64,000 nt of DNA, from the NCBI GenBank assembly GCA_029265795.1, contig JAJUGV010000002.1:26873-90872 (forward strand). Direction: 5' to 3'. Positions 47,691 to 55,576 of the stretch are shown here, one piece after another. A program made the translations under genes and the position numbers. Under the pieces are notes generated by a model. The model ran no database searches and was not told the DNA's origin. It worked only from the letters and a program-made list of their open reading frames with translations. This DNA is from Alcaligenaceae bacterium. GTDB taxonomy: Bacteria > Pseudomonadota > Gammaproteobacteria > Burkholderiales > Burkholderiaceae_B. How positions within the stretch are numbered: position 1 is the stretch's first letter; every line of letters starts with the position of its first letter.

Positions 47691-49570
47691 GCGCGTTGGC
47701 GTCTGGCGTTCAAGGGGTAGCGGTAACGCAGAAAATTCTGCGCATGACTCAGGATCTGGAAGGAATCTTTCAGTGCATGTCGCTCAGCAGGCGATACGTT
47801 CTCGGGCTCGATATAGTTATTGGGCTCACGACCATTCTGAATGTCTAAAGCCTGATGGCGAATACGCGCCAGACTCAGGAACTCCAGCGCGTAGCGCAAC
47901 TTCTGAAGAGACTCCGGCGGCATGAGCCGGGTCTTGGCGATATCGTCCAAGCGGTCGAAAGAGCTTTGTGCGGTGGAACCGCAGGCAAGCGCATGGACCC
48001 GAATAAGATCGGTAAGGGGTGCAGTGCCGCGTCCTTTGATGTTGATAATGTTCTTGTGTTGGCCGTCCGACTCCATGACGAAGGTGCGAAAGAAGCCCAG
48101 GGGCGGTTTGCGGCTCAAGGCGTTGCGAGCCATCATGCCCAGGAATTGGTCGTTGCGGCTGGCTTTGCCGGCTATCAGCTCACGCAATTGGTCGACAAAG
48201 TCTGATTGACCCGCTACGGCTTCGAGATCGAAAAAGATGCTGCTATTGAGCAGGGATTGGGGGTCGGGGCGCTCTATCCATTCGGTGAAGTAAGACTTCC
48301 ATACCGACAGGGGCTGGCGCCAGCGCGCGTTAGTCGCCATGATGCCCCCCTTGCAATAGGTATAGCCACAGGCGGCCAGGCCGTCGCTTACAAAGCTGGC
48401 GAGCTTCAGGAAATACTCATCGTGCGCGGCGGGGTCAAAACTGTCGTCCAAGATAAGGGCGTTGTCCTGATCCGTGACGATGAGCTGCTCTTCACGAGCC
48501 ATGGATCCCATCACCATGAAGCAATAGGGAATGGGCGGCGGCCCCAGTTCTTCCTGAGCCAGATCCAAGAGTTGTTGAATAAAGCTGCGCCCGATGCTGG
48601 ACATGGCGCTGCCTATGATTTGTGCCCCCGCTTCCTCTTCGACCATGCGAACGAAGGTCGCTCGAACTTCAGGTAGCAGGCTTTGGAGGGCGCTGATGGA
48701 GCGACGCTTGAAGATGTCATTGACCAGGTAAAGGCTGCTGCGCGATTGGTATCGCAAGACGTCGGCCAGATTGATCAGCCCTACGGGCCGTCGCCGATTG
48801 AGCACCGGCAGGTGATGGATGTTGTGTCGCAGCATGCAAAGCACAGCCTCCAGCACGGAATCGGTGTGCTGCAGGGTGATGGGGTCCGGCGACATGATTT
48901 CATATAGCGGAGTCTCAGGGGGCAGGGCCGCAGACACGACACGGGTGCGGAAATCCTTGTCGGTCAGAATGCCGACTACCCGGGGCTCGACCTCGTCGGG
49001 GTGGTTGCGGGTGATAAGCAAGGCCGAGACGCTTTTTTCGGTCATGACCGCCGCCGCTTTGTGGATGGTGCTTTGCGCATCCAGAGTTACGGCGGGGCGA
49101 CTGATCAGCCGGTTCACTCGTACCTTCATCAGGTCACTGATTCGGCCGGAGGGTTGTATGACCTGCTTGAGGCGCCCCGCACCCTCGGTGTCGACATAAT
49201 CGGCAAAGTTGTCGTAATTCGCACTTAGGTGCTCGAACACGGCCTCTGGGATGAAGTAAATCAGGGAGTCTTCCAGGGCGCGTGCCGGGAAGCGCACCCG
49301 CTTCCCCCGACGCAGGCTGGATTGCCCGAAGATATCGCCTTCACTCAAGCGGTTGAACAGTTTCCCCGAACGCAGGTAGAGCTCCACCGCACCGCTGCGT
49401 ATGTAGTGCAGGTCGTGAATGGGGGTGTCGCCGTCCAGAATGGTTTCGCCCGCCTTGAAATAGCGGACCTGAACCTGCCCGGCAATGTCGTCGAGGACCT
49501 CGTCGGGAAGTTCATCGAAAGGCGGATGGCGGCTGAGGTGATCGCGGATCTCGATCAGTTCGATCTGCAT
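47687..49570 (-). CDS. cNMP-binding/CBS/DUF294 putative nucleotidyltransferase
   Basis: N-terminal cNMP fold (IRSGAVE, GDIFG), CBS pair (GILTDKDFR, IHHLPV), NTase motif GSMAREEQLIVTDQDNAL. Confidence 0.92.
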   Translation of the reverse strand: MQIELIEIRDHLSRHPPFDELPDEVLDDIAGQVQVRYFKAGETILDGDTPIHDLHYIRSGAVELYLRSGKLFNRLSEGDIFGQSSLRRGKRVRFPARALEDSLIYFIPEAVFEHLSANYDNFADYVDTEGAGRLKQVIQPSGRISDLMKVRVNRLISRPAVTLDAQSTIHKAAAVMTEKSVSALLITRNHPDEVEPRVVGILTDKDFRTRVVSAALPPETPLYEIMSPDPITLQHTDSVLEAVLCMLRHNIHHLPVLNRRRPVGLINLADVLRYQSRSSLYLVNDIFKRRSISALQSLLPEVRATFVRMVEEEAGAQIIGSAMSSIGRSFIQQLLDLAQEELGPPPIPYCFMVMGSMAREEQLIVTDQDNALILDDSFDPAAHDEYFLKLASFVSDGLAACGYTYCKGGIMATNARWRQPLSVWKSYFTEWIERPDPQSLLNSSIFFDLEAVAGQSDFVDQLRELIAGKASRNDQFLGMMARNALSRKPPLGFFRTFVMESDGQHKNIINIKGRGTAPLTDLIRVHALACGSTAQSSFDRLDDIAKTRLMPPESLQKLRYALEFLSLARIRHQALDIQNGREPNNYIEPENVSPAERHALKDSFQILSHAQNFLRYRYPLNARRQRA

Positions 49571-49710
49571 GGCGCAACGTCTTCATAAGCACTCTTGTAG
49601 CAATGTAGCCGCTGAAGTGGGGAAACACCAAGCGCGCGTGCGTCACTGGCGTGCAGCAGGGTTCTCTGCTAAAAGAGACGGGTTTTCCCCCGAATTGCCA
49701 AGGAGTAATA

Positions 49711-49998
49711 ATGAGGCGCTTGCTGTTTGCTTCCGTATTTGCATTGGCCGCCTGCCAGACAGGTGGCAAGCCCGGTCCAGCCGTACAGCAGGGTACCCAG
49801 GGTGTAGACGACGCCTGCGGTGCCTCGAAGTTTGCGCATCTGGTCGGTACGTCGGGCGACAAGGTGAACGAATCGATGTTCCCGGCAGGCTCGAGGGTCC
49901 TGCGTCCAGGCATGGTAATGACCATGGACTACCGGGGCGACCGACTCAATGTAGTCATTGACGACGCCGGCAAGGTAGACCGCGTGTATTGCGGCTGA
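49711..49998 (+). CDS. Lipoprotein, peptidase inhibitor I78 family
   Basis: Lipobox LAAC; RVLRPGMVMTMDYRGDRLNV...VYCG. Confidence 0.88.
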   Translation: MRRLLFASVFALAACQTGGKPGPAVQQGTQGVDDACGASKFAHLVGTSGDKVNESMFPAGSRVLRPGMVMTMDYRGDRLNVVIDDAGKVDRVYCG

Positions 49999-50019
49999 TC
50001 TGCTTGAAATTCAGGGCGG

Positions 50020-51897
50020 TTAACGTCGCTTCAGAATGACCCCGTTGTTCCCCGCTACGAAGACGTCGCCGTTTTCTCGCACGCGCACGGCGCGCAGGCT
50101 GGCTTGTAGTGGGGCGCTTTCCTGCTGCCACTGATGGCCGTCGAAATGCAGGATGCTGCCTTGCGAACCCACTGCATAGGGGTACTGGCCTGCGCGCCCG
50201 TGTATCGCCATGATGTCATCGCGGGCTCTGGCCGGCATCAGTGTCCAGCGCTGCCCATCGAATCTTGAGAGTGTGCCCGATAAGCCCACAATGTAGATGT
50301 TATCCAGCGCGTCTCCCCAGACATCAAACAGGAAGTTATCCGTGCCCGCATAGAACTCCGCCCAGTTTTCGCCGTTCCAGCGCAGAATCAGGCCGAAATC
50401 CCCAACGGCCAGTACACGATCAGCATCATGGCCCCATAGGCTGTAGAGCGCAGATTTGGTACCGCTGATCATGCGCTGCCATTTCTCGCCGTTCCAATGC
50501 AGGATCAGGCCTTCGTCGCCCACCGCAAAGACATTGTCGGGGCCGCTACCCCAAATATCCAAAATGGCGATGTCCAGATAGAGGTCGAAGGCCAGCTGCC
50601 AGGAATCGCCGTCGTAGCGGTAAATCTGGCCCATTGCGGTGCCCGCGTAAAGCCCACCGTCGCCGCTATCCCACAGGCAATGTACGGTGAGGGCCCCAAG
50701 ATTGGGTAAGGGCTGCCATTGGTCGGCACGGTATTGCAGGACGGTGCCCGAGTCGCCGCAAGCAAAGAGTGTGGAATCTGCGGCCTCGCAAAAGCCCCAT
50801 AAGTTGTGGAGGGTGCCGGATTCCTGTTGTTGCCACGCGGATTCTTCGGGGCGCGTGTCGTTGTCTTTGCTGACCAGAGCGGAGACGAAATCGTCTGCCG
50901 CCGTCATGATGGTGGAAAAATCACCCACTACCAGCGCTTCGCCAGTGTGCAGGGGAATAATGTCCATCAGATCGTGGCGGCTGTCGCTTCGAAGCTGATC
51001 CAGCCGCTGGCCCTGTAGATAATAAAGATGGCCCCTGTCAGCAGCGATGAGTACTCCCTCTTTGTACGCCCGAAGCGACCGGATGCGCGGCATGTCGCGG
51101 GCGAACTCCAACACGGAAAACTCGCCGTCCTTCCATCGTACAAGTTCCCCGCAGAATCGGCCTTGATCTACAAAGTATCTACCTCCGCCCAGTAGAAGCT
51201 CGTTGTCGGAAAGTGCCAGCACGGAGGTGAAACCGGCCGCTACAGGGCAGGGCAGACGTTCCCACTTTCCGTCGCCATCGCTCGTGATGACGCAGCCTTC
51301 GGCCCCTGCAGCAAACAATTGCCCACTTGGGCTGTGGGTGATGCTGCGCAGGTTGGCGCGTGCCGCACTGTCCTGGCGCCGCCACTGGCCCGCTTCCAGG
51401 GTAAGAATCACTCCGTCGTCTCCCACCGCCCAGGCACGGCCATCGGGGGAGCCCGTAATGTCGAACAACGGCGTGTTCTCGACGCTGTTGGCGTAGCTTT
51501 TGGTCTCTGGGTCGACGACGCCGCCGCGTTGGTGTTGCCACTGAGTTCCATCGAAACTTAGGATGGTGCCCATCCAGCCCACTGCATACAGTTCGTGGGG
51601 ATGGCGACCCCAGACCGCGTGCAGAGGCAGGCGTGTCGGGACGGCCATCTGTTGCCATGTGCCGCCTGCAGGGGTGTCGGCATTGAAATGCAGTATGATG
51701 CCTTCATCGCCCACAATCACCACATCACTGCCCTGGGCCCAGCCTGACCACAGCACAAGGCCGTCGTCAGCGTTGATTCCTATGACCTGTTTCCATGCTG
51801 CGCGGTGCGGGGCGCTGGGGTCGCCGGCGGTGGCGATGCGGCGAAAAAGCTGGCGCCTGGCCGGGTTGACCGGCGCGTCTGCCGATACCTGATTCAT
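50020..51897 (-). CDS. WD40/YCF48-like beta-propeller repeat protein
   Basis: Recurring L-x-x-[VI]-W-G...A-V-G-x-x-G-x-I-L-x-[FW]-[DN]-G-x-x-W blades; 4-bp overlap with the Mrp gene. Confidence 0.8.
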   Translation of the reverse strand: MNQVSADAPVNPARRQLFRRIATAGDPSAPHRAAWKQVIGINADDGLVLWSGWAQGSDVVIVGDEGIILHFNADTPAGGTWQQMAVPTRLPLHAVWGRHPHELYAVGWMGTILSFDGTQWQHQRGGVVDPETKSYANSVENTPLFDITGSPDGRAWAVGDDGVILTLEAGQWRRQDSAARANLRSITHSPSGQLFAAGAEGCVITSDGDGKWERLPCPVAAGFTSVLALSDNELLLGGGRYFVDQGRFCGELVRWKDGEFSVLEFARDMPRIRSLRAYKEGVLIAADRGHLYYLQGQRLDQLRSDSRHDLMDIIPLHTGEALVVGDFSTIMTAADDFVSALVSKDNDTRPEESAWQQQESGTLHNLWGFCEAADSTLFACGDSGTVLQYRADQWQPLPNLGALTVHCLWDSGDGGLYAGTAMGQIYRYDGDSWQLAFDLYLDIAILDIWGSGPDNVFAVGDEGLILHWNGEKWQRMISGTKSALYSLWGHDADRVLAVGDFGLILRWNGENWAEFYAGTDNFLFDVWGDALDNIYIVGLSGTLSRFDGQRWTLMPARARDDIMAIHGRAGQYPYAVGSQGSILHFDGHQWQQESAPLQASLRAVRVRENGDVFVAGNNGVILKRR

Positions 51898-53012
51898 TTG
51901 TCTTCCTTGGCGCTGGCGGCCAGTCGCTGTTGTTCGCTTTCCAGCAGTTGACCGAGCGCTGCGCGGACGGCTTCGCGTTGATCGTCGGGTATGCCTTGCA
52001 GTGCGGCGTCCAGCTCGTCGGAGGCCAAGTTTTCCTGTAGAGCACCCTGCAGCGAATGCAGTGCACTTTCGACGGTGTTGGCGTGCGCATGCCGCACACA
52101 GGCCTCAATGGCGGGTGCCAAGGCCTGAGCGATAGGGCCTAGCGGGCGACCGAGGACGTCGGGCATGCCTTCATCTGAGCCGCGGGCCAGTTCCGGGTCC
52201 AGAGGGAGTTGGGCCAGCGCCTTCACGCCGGCTTCCTCCAATCGCTGCACCAGGCTGCCACGAGGGAAAAGATGAAACTCACCCTGGCAGTGCGGGCACA
52301 CAACCCCGGACATGTTTTCCACCACGCCCAATATTGGCATTCCGCGCTCCTGGCAAAAGCGCACGGCCTTCAGACTGTCCATTAAGGCGACTTCTTGCGG
52401 AGTGGTGACCAGCAGAGCGGAGACATTGGCGCCTTCCAGCATGTCGCTCAGGGTAATGAGCTCGTTGCCGGTTCCAGGCGGCATATCCACCACCAGATAA
52501 TCTAATTCTCCCCATTCGAAGGAGCCTATCAGGTGGTGCATGAAATCGTGCTTGTATGAGTCGCGCCAGACAATAGGGGTATCGTCCTTCTCCATTAGGA
52601 AGGCGAGGGTGCCAAGCTTAATGGGGTGGGTGATTGACGCAGGCTGAAACCGACACACGCCCAGCCCTTGAGCAGACAGGCGTACATGCGAACCCACAAA
52701 GCCAAAGAAACGGCTCTGGTTCGGGCCATGGACGTCGGCATCGGCCACCCCGACACGGTGTCCTTGGGCAGCCAGCCCGGCAGCCAAGTTAGCCGACACG
52801 GTGCTTTTGCCCACGCCGCCCTTATTGGCCATTACCAGAATAATCTGGCCGATATGCGCCAGTCGCGATTCGATCAGCAGTTTTTCGTGGCGAGGTTTAT
52901 CGAGCTGGCATTCGGGTTCCTGTGGACAGAATTGACAGGCATGCCCGCGCCCGCAATCGGGCTGTTCGCTATGGGGCTTGAGGGCTTCGAGACTAATCGG
53001 TTTGATCTCCAT
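51894..53012 (-). CDS. Mrp/ApbC/Nbp35 family Fe-S carrier ATPase
   Basis: KGGVGKST, DADVHGP, DMPPGTG, VENMS, CPHC. Confidence 0.92.
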   Translation of the reverse strand: MEIKPISLEALKPHSEQPDCGRGHACQFCPQEPECQLDKPRHEKLLIESRLAHIGQIILVMANKGGVGKSTVSANLAAGLAAQGHRVGVADADVHGPNQSRFFGFVGSHVRLSAQGLGVCRFQPASITHPIKLGTLAFLMEKDDTPIVWRDSYKHDFMHHLIGSFEWGELDYLVVDMPPGTGNELITLSDMLEGANVSALLVTTPQEVALMDSLKAVRFCQERGMPILGVVENMSGVVCPHCQGEFHLFPRGSLVQRLEEAGVKALAQLPLDPELARGSDEGMPDVLGRPLGPIAQALAPAIEACVRHAHANTVESALHSLQGALQENLASDELDAALQGIPDDQREAVRAALGQLLESEQQRLAASAKEDK

Positions 53013-53819
53013 TCAGGGCTCCGCCTCAATGTCGACAAGTACCCAGCCCATATTGAGGATCTTATTGCCGTCGCGATGCCCTTTGTCGCCTTGCCACAGC
53101 GCAAAGGAAATCGGCACGGTTCCGCTTTGCAGACCAATCTGATATTCGCCCGTCACGTCGAGCGGCCGGGACATCACCACATGCCACTCCTGATTGCGGT
53201 TCTGGTCATCGGAATGATAGGTGCCCTTGCCGGTCACGACTTGCTCGGGCAAGAGGGTAGTGCTGCCGAAGCCGGCGGCGGCAAGGTTTTCGACCGTATC
53301 CCGGTCGGCCCGCCAGTACCAGATATTCACCGGATAGTCGGGCGCGGTTCCCATCATGAAGGACGTATCGGGCCCGTTGAGGGCGAACTGGACGGCCGCT
53401 CCATCGGAGAAGGCGTCGACCTTGGTGTCGCGATTCAAGGTGGCGTCCGGCCAGCGCATGCGCACATAAAAGCGCTCAGAAGTACGGGCCACCTGAAAGT
53501 ACACGTGACCTGAAAGCGCCGGGTCGTAGCGTAGCTGCGTGGACGCGTGTACGGGTGGTGCAGCGGTCAGGCCCACCCGATAAGCGGGGATACGATCCCA
53601 GATGATGTCATCGGGGTCGTTAACATCGCGCAGGTACACGTTGTCGGGCAACCGTGCGGCCTTGATGGTGGTGCCGACCGATACTTCACCGATGGTGGGA
53701 TTCGGCTCGGCTACTGAGGGTTCAGCCGCCGTTGTGTCGGCCATGGCGTACGTGCCGGCCATCAGTGTTAGCAATGCACCGAGAGCTGCTGACGGTTTGA
53801 GCGGTAAGAGTCTCATCAT
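53013..53819 (-). CDS. ddhC: Type II DMSO-reductase-family heme b (gamma) subunit, DdhC-like
   Basis: Sec-type signal; FSDGAAVQF, FMMG, VNIWYW, FALWQG...RDGNK (Met/Lys heme-ligand pattern of the EbdC family). Confidence 0.8.
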   Translation of the reverse strand: MMRLLPLKPSAALGALLTLMAGTYAMADTTAAEPSVAEPNPTIGEVSVGTTIKAARLPDNVYLRDVNDPDDIIWDRIPAYRVGLTAAPPVHASTQLRYDPALSGHVYFQVARTSERFYVRMRWPDATLNRDTKVDAFSDGAAVQFALNGPDTSFMMGTAPDYPVNIWYWRADRDTVENLAAAGFGSTTLLPEQVVTGKGTYHSDDQNRNQEWHVVMSRPLDVTGEYQIGLQSGTVPISFALWQGDKGHRDGNKILNMGWVLVDIEAEP

Positions 53820-53821
53820 CG

Positions 53822-54571
53822 TTAACTCCAAAGGTTCTGTGCCACAAGGCGGGGCTCATCGAGCTGAGACTCGAGCGAGCGTTCGCCCTGGCCGACACGA
53901 GCCTCAAGCTCGACTAGCTGCTGGCGCAGCCGCTGAGGCAAGTCTTCAATCAGGCGCAGCAGATTGGCATCCAGCGCAACGCGAGTTTCTGCAGAGACCC
54001 CCTGCTGTATGGCTTGCATGAGGGGTAACAGGTAACGTTGCAGAAAGTCTCGCTGGGCACGAAGGTAGGGGCCGGGGTCGGCCCCGCGCTCCAGTGCCTG
54101 TGCCTCCAGGTGATGCAGTACCGCCATGAACTCCAGCATGGTGGCCACGTGGTCGGGCTCGTCGCTGCGACCTTCGTCGCCCGTGGCCGGGCGCAGGTCG
54201 AAATGCCGGTAGAAGGCCTGCACGTTCAACATGAAAACCGGCCGGGTGACGCCGCCACGCAGGTTGTCGTGCGCGCCGGCCATGAGGTCGACACGAGGCT
54301 GGCCCCGGCGGCCGTGCAGAAACATGTCGATGTAGCCGGATTCCAGCTCGGCGAAGTCGGTGCTGGTAGGGCTTTGCGGCCAGTGCCGCCCAGTGACGGC
54401 CGACCAGGCATCGTCGAAGGAGGCATGGAAACGGCCGTCGGCAAAGGCCTCGTGCAGTTCAGGAATGGGGTGGCTTAAGGCGGCGGCCGCCAAGCGATAC
54501 AGGGCCTCGTGGGCCCGTGCGCGCGCCGGCGAATTGCCCATGGGCATGCCATTGATGCTGTTCATGCTCAT
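53822..54571 (-). CDS. ddhD: TorD/DmsD-family molybdoenzyme chaperone, DdhD-like
   Basis: FY...F, EPDHVATMLEFM, AQRDFLQRYL; third gene in ABDC order. Confidence 0.8.
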   Translation of the reverse strand: MSMNSINGMPMGNSPARARAHEALYRLAAAALSHPIPELHEAFADGRFHASFDDAWSAVTGRHWPQSPTSTDFAELESGYIDMFLHGRRGQPRVDLMAGAHDNLRGGVTRPVFMLNVQAFYRHFDLRPATGDEGRSDEPDHVATMLEFMAVLHHLEAQALERGADPGPYLRAQRDFLQRYLLPLMQAIQQGVSAETRVALDANLLRLIEDLPQRLRQQLVELEARVGQGERSLESQLDEPRLVAQNLWS

Positions 54572-54581
54572 TCACCCCGGC

Positions 54582-55562
54582 TCAACTGAGCTTGAACATT
54601 TCGGAATGCACGTAGCCCACGAGCGTGTCCATCAGCTCGCTTTCTTTGCCTTGCGCCTTTGCCAAGCGTTCCCGCTTGATGGTGTCCAATGCGTCACGCA
54701 CGCCGTCGCCGAACAGACTTTCCAAGTATTCGGTGGGGATGCGCGGCTCGTCGAGTTCTTCGCCGTTTTCCCCGAGTTTGGGCGGAGAGGTGGGCGGGAT
54801 ATAGAACACATTCGGCTGTGTGCCCCATTCCGGGTGTAGGGGCAGTGCGACCTTGTACTTATTCACCAGAATGTGGATCGGACCCTCGGTGTCATCCTGA
54901 TACCCCACCCAGCGGATGCGCCCCACGCACTGCCGGGCACAGGCCGGTGGCAGGCCTTTTTCGATACGGGGATAGCAGAAAATGCACTTCTCGGATTTCG
55001 AGATTTTTTCGTTGAAGTACACCTTCTTGTACGGACAGGCGTTCACGCAGTAGCGGTAGCCGCGGCAGCGTTCCTGGTCGACCAGCACAATACCGTCTTC
55101 CTGCCGCTTGTAGATGGCGTTGCGTGAACACGCCGCCAGACAGGCCGGATTGGCGCAGTGGTTGCACAGGCGGGGCAGGTAAAAATAGTAGCTGTTGGGG
55201 TAGTCGCCTTCGCCTTCGTCCTCGTCCCAGTTGGCGCCCCAGGTGGGTTTCACATTGGGGCGCATCCACGGGTCTGTGCCGGTCATCAGCGTTTCGGTGT
55301 AGTTGTACTCCCAGGGAATTCCGTAGTCTTCCATGCTGGGCTGTTTGCCCTGCTGAAGTGCGCCGTTGGCGTCAAAACCTCCACCCATGTTCTGGTAGTC
55401 GCGTGGGTAGCCCTTACCTGGCTGGGTCTCCACGTTATTCCAGTACATGTATTCACGCCCGTTGCGGTTGGTCCACATCAATTTGCAGGCCGAGCTACAG
55501 GTATGGCATCCGATACACTTGTTCAAGTCCAGGACCATACTGATCTGGCGATTCACTGCCAT
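54582..55562 (-). CDS. ddhB: Type II DMSO-reductase-family Fe-S (beta) subunit, DdhB-like
   Basis: CIGCHTCSSAC, CNHCANPACLAAC, CRGYRYCVNACPY, CIFCYPR; AAGGAG RBS. Confidence 0.85.
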   Translation of the reverse strand: MAVNRQISMVLDLNKCIGCHTCSSACKLMWTNRNGREYMYWNNVETQPGKGYPRDYQNMGGGFDANGALQQGKQPSMEDYGIPWEYNYTETLMTGTDPWMRPNVKPTWGANWDEDEGEGDYPNSYYFYLPRLCNHCANPACLAACSRNAIYKRQEDGIVLVDQERCRGYRYCVNACPYKKVYFNEKISKSEKCIFCYPRIEKGLPPACARQCVGRIRWVGYQDDTEGPIHILVNKYKVALPLHPEWGTQPNVFYIPPTSPPKLGENGEELDEPRIPTEYLESLFGDGVRDALDTIKRERLAKAQGKESELMDTLVGYVHSEMFKLS

Positions 55563-55576
55563 GATTGTCTCCTTGT

